Of a stretch of DNA of 64,000 nt, positions 37,860 through 51,749 are shown piece by piece. Numbering within the stretch: the first letter of the stretch is position 1; each line of letters begins with the position of its first letter. A program made the translations under genes and the position numbers. Location: assembly GCF_001194135.2 (NCBI RefSeq), contig NC_068981.1, forward strand, positions 143,464,870 through 143,528,869, given 5' to 3'. Source of the DNA: Octopus bimaculoides. Its lineage: Eukaryota. The notes under the pieces are model-generated. The model worked only from the letters and a program-made list of their open reading frames with translations, ran no database searches and had not been told where the DNA came from.

Positions 37860-38180
37860 TCACATCTACGCCGAGTTGTGTTCTATTCCACTATGAGACA
37901 CTTTGGATAAATTTCTTTTACCATTGCGCTGAGTCGAACAACATCTGGTGGAAACAATTTCGCTATGGAACAGTGTGTATACACAGTAGGTTGAAGTATA
38001 CCAGCTGGCAAAAATGCGTTGTACCTCTGCCTTAAAGGGTCAGCCTTGTTTCATTCTGTGTCACGATGACTCTCCTTGAGAACTACGTTAGAGGTACGTG
38101 CTCAACCACTTTCACGAGCAGGCTAGTTGATCGGATCAACTGGAACACTTGTCCCCGTAACTGAAGGAGTCCCAGTTGCT
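37860..38180 (+). mobile_element. Older SINE sharing the family-C central domain and tail but with a different 5' part
   Basis: aaagggtcagccttgtttcattctgtgtcacgatga...gagaactacgttag...ttcacgagcaggct...gatcggatcaactggaac matches 36535-36700; the upstream ~150 bp does not. Confidence 0.75.
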
Positions 38181-41100
38181 TTTATGTTTTATATATATAC
38201 ATTAAACAGATACATACAACGTTCGTTCGTGTGTTTTTATTTATATGTGTGTCTGTGTGCAACAAATATCGGTAAAGAAAACTGCAGCTTTCGAAGGAAG
38301 CTAATTATAATATTCATTCCACCCGATTTACAAATGCCTGTCTTCGTCACAACTGCTTTCAGTTGATTATCGTCTCTTTTGCAAATGTTTAACAAATCAT
38401 GCAATTATCCACATAATAAAAGTATTAAGTAATATATATGAATAAATTGAATATACTTATATTCTGACTTTTTTAATTACATTCTACATAATTAACTAAT
38501 TCTTGTCGTGTGTCTGACGGTTACAGATTAACAGCAAGGTTGCACTGTGAGTGTTAATATCAGAACCTACTATAAATCTCGTTGGTAATCTTGAATGTAA
38601 TGGACACTATATATATGTTTGAATGAATACATGCTTGAAAGTGATGAAAATTTACTTTTAATGGCTTTTCTCCGCTTAGGAGTTCAGCGCCACTTTAGAT
38701 TCTAAAACTCCTGTTTCTAATAACGTTTGATGTTTAAGTAATGATGTCCTACATATTTACAACTCTTTACTGATCTTAACTGAAGAAGACGAAAATGTAA
38801 GCAAACAGGAATATTGACTGAAGTCCTTTTTTGAATCATCAACCAGAGCACACTTTTCATTTTTTTGAAACATATTCTGTCAGAACTACATCCACTTTCA
38901 ATAGATTTATTTATTGCAGTTTTATAGATATAAATAGTCTATATTCAAGAAGCTAACCTCGGAAACAAGAGGTTCATGTGCTTTTGACTGAGTAACGCAT
39001 TTGATTGTGTAGTACGATGATTCCAGTGGATCCAGTCTTGTAAATAACATTGCGGAACTCAGTCTGATTGGAGCTGTAGATTTAACCCGTTTCTCTTGGA
39101 TATTTTTAGTGGTATATACTCTGTTGCAAGTATTCAAAAGTTCTCTTCCGATAGCTTAACATCCCGATTCATTTAAATGTATGTCATGTTCTCTTCCCTC
39201 ACCATTTTTTGCAGATGTGATATAAAGTCATAAGCAATGTGTCTTCTCTGATATATAGATCATAAAATAGGGAGTAATTAGTATCAAACCTTCATATTTT
39301 AATTACGAAACAAGTCCAATATGATTCGGTATTAAGCAATATATAAGTACTCTGGGCTGGAGTATAATTGATTTAATGAATCAGTATTGAATGACACTTT
39401 TATTTATCGTTCCAGAAAGAAAGAAAATTGAAGTTGATCCCAGCTAAATATGAAGTAAAAACAGAAAGAGGTGAAACTAAACATGGCAAGGCATATCCAC
39501 TGCCATTTTGAACGGTAAATAATTATCTCTAATAGAAGCACAAGACTTGCAAATTTGAAGAAGTAATAATAATCAATACCCTCAACTGCAGTATTTGACT
39601 AGCACACAGTAGCTTACCTACTCTGGGAGAATGAAATATAAAGTTGATTCCTTTGGGTTCTGAACGCCGAAAATAAACATCAGTAAGAAATATTGAGATA
39701 GCATTTTGTCTGATGCGCTAATGATTCTGCGATCTTAGTGCCCTTGCGTTGGTACTGATAGAAGTGTAATATTCGAGATTCTTAAAGGTTGTCAATGGGA
39801 CCTTGCATCTAAAAGTTGATGGGTATAATAAATTTGAGATAATAGTATTGCTGTAATTGTATAAATGTTCGTTTGATATTTTTTTGCGATGTATGAAAGT
39901 TCAGGTAACTTGAGTCAATATACATAATTAATATGAAGAAATTTCGACATCGATAATCTCTTCTAGAAACATCAGTGATTACGCAGAAGTCAGTGATTTG
40001 AATTGATTCAATGCATTGCACAGATGCACACATACCTATCAAAATAGCTTAAAAACACAGAAATCCAAGTGAAATTCGACTGATATAGATATGAACACAA
40101 ACACTCGGCATTATCGTAGATCCAAAAAGCTACCTAACATTTTCTAAGAAACGGGCTATTATAGTCATTCAAACAAAACCTGAAAAGATTGAAGATATAT
40201 ACATACACACTGAAATGAATTATTCATATAACATCTATGTATGTTTTTAATTATTTTTATCAAAATAGAAATAATGCAGCTGATACCTTTCATTATCCTG
40301 GTATTAAAAACAAAAATTGTTTTTTCCAGGATGAAGACTAATTATATTTAAACGAAAGCCTGAAACGGGAAATTGCATATATTATAGGCACGAATGTGAC
40401 AGAAACAGATTCAAAGACACTTTCATTCGAGGATGAGTTAATGATAATAAGAAACTGGGGAATATTAATGGAACAATCCAATTAAATCTTTCATAGTATG
40501 CAAATAAAATAGTCCAAGGTACGCGTCTGAATATAAATCGCATTATGAACGTTTTGCTAATAAGATCTTCACGAATGATATATTTGATTTAGAAAACCTT
40601 CAAGTAGCAAACTGGAAATAGACAAGTTACTTCATTCAAAACTAAAACTCAAGTACATTTATAATGTGCGCACATACTTACGTTAACAAAGGTTTAATAA
40701 GTAACTTTCAGTAGCCATGCTTCTTGCAATATGTGTAAATATTTGATTTTAATTCAAGTTATAAATGAAATCTTTAGAAGAAATAAAGATATTTCTGAAA
40801 TTCTCTGTTAACTAGTTAGAGTCAAACGTAGTAGAGATACCACCACTGACAATTTCTTCTTTACAAATAGCACTGTAGGGCTCACAATAAAACAACAACA
40901 GCAGACAGCAGTACCCAAGTATTTACTTGAAATGACATGGCACATAATTATCAATTCTATATAATTTTAGTTGCCGATTTGACTTTACTGTTTTGTCTTC
41001 GTACAGAGTATAAATGGTTCGTGTTTCGATCATTGTAATTTATATTAAAAGGTAGATTAATGAACAAAAGCAATTACGTAGTATGTTATTGGGTATTCGT

Positions 41101-41204
41101 ATTTAACTAAACTAGTGATATGCACATTTAATTACGAAACATTATTTACAAATACCGTGGATGACAACACTGTTAATAACAACGAAATCTCCCCTCCTCC
41201 TCCT

Positions 41205-41290
41205 CTTCCTTCTACTACTACTACTACTACTACTACAACTACTACTACTACTACCACAACCACTGCTTCTGCCACTACTTCTATTGCTAC
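41205..41290. repeat. (CCT)n/(ACT)n imperfect microsatellite
   Basis: Direct reading. Confidence 0.9.
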
Positions 41291-44200
41291 AACAATAATA
41301 ATAACTATTATTAAGATGTCTTTTTGTCATCGGGCAAACAATGGAAGACGCTATAAAGAGGTGTGACAGAAAGTGAAGATTTCAGTCGTATTATCGAAAA
41401 CAATGAAGCAAAGTGAAATAATAGAAATTGTATAAAAATGTATGACTTGACCGTGTCTGTTAGAAAAGAATGCAAAATGAAAATCAAGCAATTTTTCTTT
41501 CTTCTCAACGATCTTTTAGTATGGAAATGTGTAGCACGTCAGATAAGCATCTTACCACTGGCTTTGATATTCCTTATACGATTTGCCAAATTTCTATGTT
41601 GTCAAAAATAGTAAACACGTCTTTGTTGCCTATATCGTATAAAGCCCTCGTCTTATTTTAAATATCTTGCTGATATTTTGATTCACATTATATCTGAAGT
41701 ATGTGATATCTATGAAATGGAATATTGGATTGATAACCGGAGGATGCATCAAGTTTAAATGTCTGGTAACCAGAGGGTATATCAAACGTGGTAAAGAGCA
41801 TACACCAGCTTTCTATGGCAAAATATAAAGTAAATGTGCAATGGAAACAACGAATGTCGTTTTCCAGAATTATTTTGCGAGACCTGAAATACTTTATTTA
41901 GTGACAAGCTTCCCTCTGATTTTGTGTTGAAGTCAAAATCCAATTGTAGATCATTATATTACCATTTCTTAGACAGAATGCAAAATTTTGTATGTAAATC
42001 TCACATGGAGAACTTGTAGTTTGTTTCATATCTGCTGATTTACTTTGTAGTAGACATACTTGGATGTGAGGACAAATTTTGTGTAAATAATTGGATGTTA
42101 TTAACTTAAATACCTGACTTACACATCTAACTTTTCATCATCACTCTTTCTTAATACGGAACCATAGTTGATCAATTCAATTCTTAGTTGAAAATCTTTT
42201 CCGCTGTTTTAGATGATTTCTACTTAGTAACCTGTCTTCCGATATATATGATGAAATGAACTGCTTGTGAGCCCTACACTTTCACAACATGAAGCTGCAT
42301 TTGTTACGAGGTGCAAGAATAATGAGGACGTTTTATCAACATGCTTTAGAAAAAAAATATTTATAATGTTCTTGTTTGACGTGGAGCTACAGACAATATG
42401 TATAAGCTTATGTCATTAATAATGTTCAAATTACTATCTAGAAATAAAAATTAAAACATAATTTGGTTTTATATCACAATAATGAGGTGTATGTTTATTC
42501 AAATGAGAAATTTAATACATTTCCGCCATGAAAACACAAACATGAATTCATTTTGAAAATGAGATTTTAAAAAACTAGCAAGACCCATCCTCTAGAAATT
42601 CCCCGCGTAACATTGAATCACAAAAAGCAGCAAACTAGCAGAATCGTTCGAACGTCGGAAGAAATACATTGCGGTATTTGATTCAGTTCTTTTTTCAATC
42701 GGAGTTCAACCTTGCTTTCATCCCACTCTGGTGAATAAAATAGGGTATCGACTTACCCGGCCCTCTGATATTTTCGGGCTGTGCACCTCAAAACAGAAAA
42801 TCAAGAAAAACATGAAATTGCTGTTTCACGAGTTTTAGGTTGTATGTTATTGTTAGGTTTCCCTTTTTCTCTCAAATACACGAAGTATGACGTAATAGCT
42901 GTTTCTATCATAGGGATAAGGACTGGAATTTGGGGAGATAAAGGGGCTAGCCAATTAAATAGTCTCCACTATATGACTGGTATATTATTTAATCGAGTCA
43001 AGAAGTAGAGAAGGTAGCGTTGTTTTCGGTAGGATTTGAACTTATAACGTCAACAGCCGAAAGAAACACGATTCTGGTAATCCACCAGACTTGAATCTAC
43101 GAGTAATAATGTAGCCAATACAGAAGAATTATATGATTAGCTTAAATATTGGAAATTGGCATTGAAATATATTACTCATCACCAGGATGGAGGATATCTC
43201 TGCAGTTTCATTTCCATTTCTATTCATTTCTTCATATAATGACTCTCATTCAACAAAACACAAACGCGTGTGCGTGCACACGCACGCACGCAGAAACGCA
43301 TACCGACACTCACATACACACAAATTCAAACATACAAAAAAAAGAAAAAAACAAGAAAAGGCTTGTTTTGGGGGTCAGTCGACGCGTTTTGCAACTGAAG
43401 TTTCAAAATATGATAATCTGCAAACTGAGTCATTTTCTATTCTCTTCTGGTACAACAGGCTAGAATGAGAAAATGTTAAGGGAATAATTCCACTTTAGAA
43501 TACAAGTAATATGCGTGTTTTGTTCCTGTTGTTGTTGTTGGTGNNNNNNNNNNNNNNNNNNNNNNNNNNNNNNNNNNNNNNNNNNNNNNNNNNNNNNNNN
43601 NNNNNNNNNNNNNNNNNNNNNNNNNNNNNNNNNNNNNNNNNNNNNNNNNNNNNNNNNNNNNNNNNNNNNNNNNNNNNNNNNNNNNNNNNNNNNNNNNNNN
43701 NNNNNNNNNNNNNNNNNNNNNNNNGGTCGTGGTCGTGGTCGTGGTCGTCGTGGTCGTCGTGGTGGCTGAAGTGCAATAGCCACCCTCTATTTTAGTATAG
43801 AACAATATATTCTTTCGTGTTTGAAAAAGTATGACTAGAGAAAGAGATTAAGAGAGAGAGAGAGAGAGACAGAGAGAGAGAGAGATAAAGAAAGAGACTG
43901 AAAAAGAGAGAGATTTGATTGCTAAAACTGGGAAGTTGATCGACTGTGTACTGTTTCTATCGGATCAACCTATATGTTAAGAAGAAAAAAAGGGTTTACA
44001 ATTTATATGAAAGTGCGAAAGACTTATAGTCATGGCTTTTGTAAAAGCATTAACCACGTGAAAGAAGTATGTTGGATTATTAGGTTAGTTGAGTTATTTT
44101 GTGCGCTTGGCTTAATCAAAGGAGGGGCGGAGCACCCCTGTCCCCTTTAAAGGGACTTAAGGGAGTATAATGTAAATATAAATTGGATATTAATATAGAA

Positions 44201-44399
44201 TGTTACCCCGTTGCATAAATCTATCTACAAAATGCCCAATGTACTCCGATACAAAGGATCGTGCCTTCAATGGTTTTGACGTCATCTTCTGCTAATCCTG
44301 ATTAGTAAATTATCAGCTTCTGCTGGTAAAGGTCTTAAATTTGTTCATGTCGTCTCAGTATAGTATCCATGCATTGCATAGTAAGAGTAATGTTCAAAC

Positions 44400-45350
44400 A
44401 ATGACAGTTCTATACAGCTTCCTATAGCTTGAGTTAGATTTGCAGCTTAAAGCTTTTGTTTGTAAAGTCACAGTACCATAGTCCTACCAGAAGCAACAGG
44501 ACCAAATATTTATCAGAGTTGCATAGCTCCATGAAAAGATTTAAAAGAGAGGGAATATAATCTCCGGGCCAAATGAGTTTATTGAAAACGGTAATGGCTA
44601 AATCTGGAACGTTTAATCTTGGAAAATGTGTGAGAACTTTGGTTATCTGCACGTTGATTATAAAACCAAAAATACTGCATTCTAAGCGACAGTTGTACGT
44701 CTTTATATGCGTATACCGACGAGACATTGCCATCTGAATTGGTCAATACGGTGATGTAAGTGGTATTCTTCAGTTTTGCGAGCTGAGTGCAGACATTTTG
44801 AAAAAGTTCTCTGTCTAAATATCTAATCTCTATTCTCAAACAGATGTTTTTAATAGTTTGTGGAGTAGGTTTTCCTGGAAGGTGAAGAACAGAGCTGAGG
44901 CCCGTACACATGTTCTGTCTGTCAGTAATCAGATCCCCTTCAGTTGCTGAGATGAGATACATGTCCAAGCATTGTCACTGTATATTTCTCAGATGAATAT
45001 CACGAACTGACCAAAGTAACCAAAGTGTTTAGCACTCACATGGCTGATGTACTCACACTTTCGAAGGTCATTTCCAGGTTGTAGAAAAAAAATATTTGTT
45101 GCTCTTCGTTATAATTCATCAACCGGTCCAGCACAGAACATTATGTCGGTTATTCTTCTAGAGGTTTGAAATTCTTACCGTGGCTTGGACAATACCGTCT
45201 CAAAGATAACTTGTACGATGTCGAACATTGCTTTATCAAACGCTATTCCTACGATAGAAGATTATCTACTGTAGAAGTAGACACTGATGCAGTGTTTCTC
45301 TTCATTAATAATGGTTAAAATATTGGTATATTTCAAATCCATAAAACAGC
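44400..45350 (-). mobile_element. Possible heavily decayed Ty3/Gypsy integrase fragment
   Basis: Minus-strand pieces KHFGYFGQF...EIYSDNAWTCISSQQLK (cf. xxSDNGPQF-SxEF) and RIPLTSPY*PIQMAMSRR (cf. RNTPL...SPAQxLMxRR) occur in the expected order; many stops. Confidence 0.3.
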
Positions 45351-45989
45351 TCTGGACGCTTTCGAAATATGTGAGAGAAAATCTCCCTCTTTAAACGGAA
45401 AAATCATTTATGAATGATTTCCATGGATATGTTGTGACAACCAATATTTTTATAACGCTGTGTTCTATTGATAGCTTCAAAGATATTAGAATGTATGCAG
45501 GACGGTCAAGCATGCCTCGAAGAAATTCTTCAGCGGTAATGAACATCATTTTTTTTTTATCACGAACAGCTGCATTTGCTTTCAAACAATGTTTATCAAG
45601 GAATGACTTATTTCAACTCTTCAAGGTCTTCAATTTTCAGAAATACTACGACACATGTATTTATTTAACCTGTGTGCATATGTATGCCATTGTTCTGTTT
45701 TATTTGAAGATTTCTTGCCAATAGAGAAAAAGACTGGTATGTATGTATGTATGTATGCATAAATGAATGTATGTATGATGTGCCTGTATGTATGTATCTA
45801 TCTCTTCATCTATCCATTTATCCATCTTAAGGGGATGTTTTTATGCGGCCTGCTTGTTTGTTGCACCTAGTTTACCATTTTGTCCTTGTTCTTTTGCCAC
45901 GTCATGTACCCAGTTATGTATCTATATGTACATGTAGATGAACCTATATACATACATGTACATATATATGGATATACTCATATATTGTT

Positions 45990-46047
<58 letters not shown>

Positions 46048-46284
46048 TGTACTTACACGCATGCAACTATACACACACTCATGGGTGTGTGAGTGTGTGT
46101 TGTGTGTAGGTATGTCCAAGATGTACCAAAGAATACTCAGTGCCAAAAGCTGAGAATTGTTTATGATTATTGGAACGTTGAATCCAGTCTCGTGGTGCGG
46201 AACATGAAATTCGAATAACTAGATAGAAGCTACTAGCTTGAATAAACATTAATTACGTGTGTGAGTAAATATATATATATATAT

Positions 46285-46357
<73 letters not shown>

Positions 46358-47560
46358 ATGCATGCACTAATACAAATACACACACACACACACGAGTACA
46401 GAATGAGAGAGGGAGATGAGTGCGTATAATTTTTTTATAATTACAATGCACTCATTCACTTGATACGGACGGCAATACAAAACACGTTGATCATTTTGCC
46501 AAAAAGCTAGCTTCCGATTTATGTAGGATGTAGACGGTGCTGTCGTTGTTTCAGAATTTAGATAAATTGATACACACACATATATATATATGTATATATA
46601 TATATATAAGTAAATGAGTATATGCATATATACGTACAGGTATGTGCATACCGACATATATATATATAGATATATATATATATATATANNNNNNNNNNNN
46701 NNNNNNNNNNNNNNNNNNNNNNNNNNNNNNNNNNNNNNNNNNNNNNNNNNNNNNNNNNNNNNNNNNNNNNNNNNNNNNNNNNNNNNNNNNNNNNNNNNNN
46801 NNNNNNNNNNNNNNNNNNNNNNNNNNNNNNNNNNNNNNNNNNNNNNNNNNNNNNNNNNNNNNNNNNNNNNNNNNNNNNNNNNNNNNNNNNNNNNNNNNNN
46901 NNNNNNNNNNNNNNNNNNNNNNNNNNNNNNNNNNNNNNNNNNNNNNNNNNNNNNNNNNNNNNNNNNNNNNNNNNNNNNNNNNNNNNNNNNNNNNNNNNNN
47001 NNNNNNNNNNNNNNNNNNNNNNNNNNNNNNNNNNNNNNNNNNNNNNNNNNNNNNNNNNNNNNNNNNNNNNNNNNNNNNNNNNNNNNNNNNNNNNNNNNNN
47101 NNNNNNNNNNNNNNNNNNNNNNNNNNNNNNNNNNNNNNNNNNNNNNNNNNNNNNNNNNNNNNNNNNNNNNNNNNNNNNNNNNNNNNNNNNNNNNNNNNNN
47201 NNNNNNNNNNNNNNNNNNNNNNNNNNNNNNNNNNNNNNNNNNNNNNNNNNNNNNNNNNNNNNNNNNNNNNNNNNNNNNNNNNNNNNNNNNNNNNNNNNNN
47301 NNNNNNNNNNNNNNNNNNNNNNNNNNNNNNNNNNNNNNNNNNNNNNNNNNNNNNNNNNNNNNNNNNNNNNNNNNNNNNNNNNNNNNNNNNNNNNNNNNNN
47401 NNNNNNNNNNNNNNNNNNNNNNNNNNNNNNNNNNNNNNNNNNNNNNNNNNNNNNNNNNNNNNNNNNNNNNNNNNNNNNNNNNNNNNNNNNNNNNNNNNNN
47501 NNNNNNNNNNNATATATATAAACTGATACTACATATATTCTTTTTCTTTCTCTCTTTTCC

Positions 47561-47607
<47 letters not shown>

Positions 47608-47802
47608 ATATATATATATGTGTGTGTGTGAGTGTGTGTGTGTATTTATAATCTTTATAATCTTTATACAGATACAAATACATATACATATACGTTTACG
47701 TAAATATGTGCATGCATATATATATCTCTACATATGTGCGTGTGTGTTTGTGTGTGTGAGAGTGTGAGTGTGTGTGCGCGCGTGTGTGTGTGTGTGTGTG
47801 TA

Positions 47803-47833
<31 letters not shown>

Positions 47834-48399
47834 AAGCAATTTATGTATTTTCAAATTACAGCCTACTGTAACATCAACCCACTGATAGCTACAGACCAAT
47901 TTCAGCAAAAGCACACAAGTTTAGAGAAATACAACGTAGAATGTCCACTAGTGAGAAGTACATACCAAATACAAACTGTTTATACATACAGAAACACATG
48001 CATATAGATATGCGTGCGCGCGTGTTAGTGCATGTGTTGTGCGTACAGAAACAAGTTTACAGATTTTGTTAATGCGCGTTGACTACTCGGTTGGGTGTTG
48101 AACTGTTGATCATAAGAAGATGTTTTCCATTCTTAAACTGGGCATCAATACTGTATTTAGGCTGAGTACCCTGTTCCTCAACTGATGTGTATAACACTGG
48201 AATGTGGTGGAGTTCGCTCTCATTTTCGCTTTGCCCATACTGGATTTCTCACTAGATCAAGTGCATATTTAAGTTTTTACCTGGTCGTTTACTCGGTGTG
48301 GCTTGTATAATCTACCAATTGGTATGAAGGAAAGCATTGCTAATAAACGATTGCATAACCTGCGACATACGGGTTCGCACGCGCACACGCACGCGCACA

Positions 48400-48430
<31 letters not shown>

Positions 48431-48958
48431 CACACACACACACGCGCGCAAATAGATNNNNNNNNNNAATAGATCAAAACACTAGTGTGCAACAAAATTT
48501 TCATTGCTGGACCAACTTAATTTGAATTAGAAAAATAAATGTATAAGCAGATGATTACAGACATGTAAAGCACAATCCAAATTAACGAGAAACAACGTAA
48601 AAAGGCTGAGCATTTCTTATACAGATGTCATTTAGAGCGAAATGGACAAGAAGGAGATAAACATTTCATTTAACGACAGCAAAGGATTTAAACCAATATA
48701 AAATAGACGGGAATTTAATTCAAAGATCATCGAGCCAGAATAAAACAAAATATCACAAGAAGTCTAATCCCGCCTCAGTTTTCGACTGTTAATTACTCCC
48801 TATTTCGAGCTTTTAACGACAATATAGGAAAATTTCATTAAATAGCAGCATCCAGAAATTTTTTAAATATAACATTTCTGGAGAGTTAGAGCTTCGAACA
48901 AGCAAACAACGACAGCGTGGACATACAAAGCAAATAATCGACAATATACACACACACA

Positions 48959-50100
48959 CACTGGTCAACACACCTTTTGCTGACTTCGGTTTGTGATTAT
49001 TTTTAGTTAATTTTGAGATGCTGATTTCAAATATGGCATCCATTTCTTCTTAACACATCAGGTTTTCCTTCTATAACATACCCCTATTTTATGAGGAAAC
49101 ATGGATATTTTGTTAACGCTCCTTGTTGGAGGGTATACAAAAGTAAAAAGTTGACCATTTTTTTAGATCCACCAATATGACCCAATTGTGTTCATCGTAC
49201 TTACGTAAATCTAATTCAACTTTTATATGATCATAATTCTTTTTTAAGTCTACAGACTGACCAGTACGAAGCGCACCAAACAAGTTTTCATGATAGAGTA
49301 ATACACATTTTAGACACTTATTTGAACAATCTATAAAGAGTCTCCATTCATTCGGATCATACTGTTCCACATCCATCATCTTTAACATTAAACAAAATCT
49401 GTTCCGGTTGTAAAGAATGCCAAGAGATCTTTTTTACTTGATCTGATAAAAATCCAAGTTTGTTTCTTTCTGCAACAAATTCTCCTCTTTAAGCCTAGAA
49501 GCTAACAGCTCTGATAACTCTTTTGACAATCCTAGGTCTGTAACTAAATCATTAAGTTCTGCTTAGTTAAAGTCTTCACGCTCTTTGATTGATGCTTCTA
49601 CAAAGTCTATATCACCGTCATGTTCATGATTTATATCTACTTCACATGTATCACTTCCACCTTGCAGTGAAAGTAGATCCTTGAAAACAGGTACTGGTAT
49701 TTCATCTGAGTGATGCACTGGATGAATTGCTGAATTCAAACTGGAGTAACTTATTTTTTGGTCACATTCTTTTGCTATAACAAGAAGCATTTGTGAGATA
49801 AAAGTAGCAATCGTTTATGTTTTCTTAGCTCGCACCATATCATAGGAATGCCAAATGTTAGTTGTTTCCTTGTGCTCTTTGTCTACTGGCGTAGATTTTT
49901 GACAAGGTTTACATGCATTTTGCAGTTCCAAGATTTATCCTGATCACCAACTTTAATCTTTAAGTAAGCCAAGTAGGATATTTTCACAATGTCACTAACG
50001 TCCGTTCTTTGACTTGGTACTGTAAAACACGCACATATATAACCAAAAGAGTGAGAGGACTTCAGACGTTTCACACATGGAGCAACGGGCGGGGCTAATA
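48959..50100 (-). mobile_element. Chapaev3-like (CMC superfamily) DNA transposon remnant, internally deleted, one terminus retained
   Basis: Minus-strand translation SFGYICACFTVPSQR...YLAYLKIKVGDQDKSW...FGIPMIW...LNSAIHPVHHSDEIPVPVF...FN*AELNDLVTDLGLSKELSELLASRLKE...YDPNEWRLFIDCSNKCLKCVLL...YDEHNWVILVDLK...TKYP. CAC-starting terminus CACTGGTCAACA at 48959. That it is a transposase remnant is clear; the superfamily name is from recall. Confidence 0.75.
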
Positions 50101-50234
50101 TGGGCCAGCCCATAGAATAGAGATAGACGTGATGCAAAAGAACTATTGTCAAGATAGATATAGATAGAGATATATACATACATATACATATAAATATATA
50201 ACATATAAAATATATACATTCGCGCACGCACATG

Positions 50235-50277
<43 letters not shown>

Positions 50278-50468
50278 TATATGTGTGTGCGTGTGTATGT
50301 GTGTGTGTGTGTGTGTATGAATTCACAAATTTCATTTCAAATATAATGATGGTATCGTTGGAGAGCCATAGTCAAATACGACATTTTTTTAGCTTTCTAA
50401 ACTTGCCACTCTCCAAGATCAACCACTCCTGATTTCTTTGACATTGAGGGTGAGAGAAACGGAGAGAA

Positions 50469-50543
<75 letters not shown>

Positions 50544-50766
50544 GAGAGGAAAGGTGAAATCAGAAGCGGAAGTAATCACATTAGAGATTTGGTTCTTTAT
50601 CAACACCAAAAAAGATGAGCGAAATTGAGTCTCGCGGTATTTCTAATAGAGAGTAATGCAAATCTGTGTATCCAACGCTCACTCAAATGCATAGTCACAC
50701 ACACACACACACACTCATACATACACACAGACACTTAATCTCTGTCTCATACACACACCAACTCTT

Positions 50767-50801
<35 letters not shown>

Positions 50802-50814
50802 GACNNNNNNNNNN

Positions 50815-50850
<36 letters not shown>

Positions 50851-51316
50851 GACGCAGAAAAATACATGCATACATAATAATATTAGCCCTCACTCACAAG
50901 CGATAATTATTTTCTACACTAATTATTTTTTGGTATAATGCAGTCATGGTCTGCCATCAACACACTTTCTTCTTCCTTCTCTCTTCAGGTAATAAAATAT
51001 CCAATATAAAATGATAGGGGAAAGGGGTAACGCTGCATTCAGATAGTAAACATGTTCATCAGAAACAACTGGAAAAACGTGAAATGAAATGGGTTCACCA
51101 CCAAATTCCAGATCGCTGCCCGATCAAGTAATCAAACTCATGACATTACTGGTTGTGAGCCCAAAACCATAACCAATATGTCACACACGTAGACTATACA
51201 CTCTCCTACACATGTGTGTACGTTTGTGTGTGTGAGTGTGTGTGTGTGCGTGTGTGTGTGTGTGCGTGTGTTAATGTGCGTTAGTGTGTGCTTAAATGCG
51301 ACTCTATTTTGTCAAT

Positions 51317-51737
51317 TTACTCTCTTTTACTCTTTTACTCTTTTACTTGTTTCAGTCGTTTGACAGCGGCCATGCTGGAGCACCGCCTTTAGTCGAGCAA
51401 ATCGACCCCAGGATTTATTCTTTGGGTGCCTAGTACTTATTCTATCGGTCTCTTTTGCCGAACCGCTAAGTTGCAGGGACATAAACACACCAGCATCGGT
51501 TGTCAAGCGATGCTGGGGGAACAAACACAGACACAAACATATACACACACATACATTCACATATATATATACATATATACGACGAGCTTCTTTCAGTTTC
51601 CGTCTACCAAATCCACTCACAAGGCTTTGGTCGGCCTGAGGCTATAGTAGAATACACCTACCTAAGGTTCCACGCAGTGGGAATAAACCCGGAACCATGT
51701 GGTTGGTAAGCTGCTTACCACACAGCCACTCCTCCGC
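51317..51737 (-). mobile_element. tRNA-headed SINE, family A (ggcgcaggagtggctgtgtggtaag...), full length
   Basis: Minus strand: head ggagtggctgtgtggtaagcagc...catggttccggg, internal (TA/TG)n spacer, core cgcttgacaaccgatgctggtgtg...ttagcggttcggcaaaagagaccgatagaataagtactagg, tail ggcggtgctccagcatggccg...(taaaagag)n. Confidence 0.95.
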
Positions 51738-51749
51738 AATTTGTTCATG

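Noticed and set aside
48020-48260. ~73-codon open minus frame (EIQYGQSENESELHHIP...)
   Set aside because: No convincing splice sites or homology; cannot be supported as an exon.
48440-48480. aatagat repeated on both sides of a 10-N gap; likewise a (CT)n(CA)n-gac block duplicated across the gap at 50805-50814
   Set aside because: Typical contig-overlap artefacts, not real duplications.
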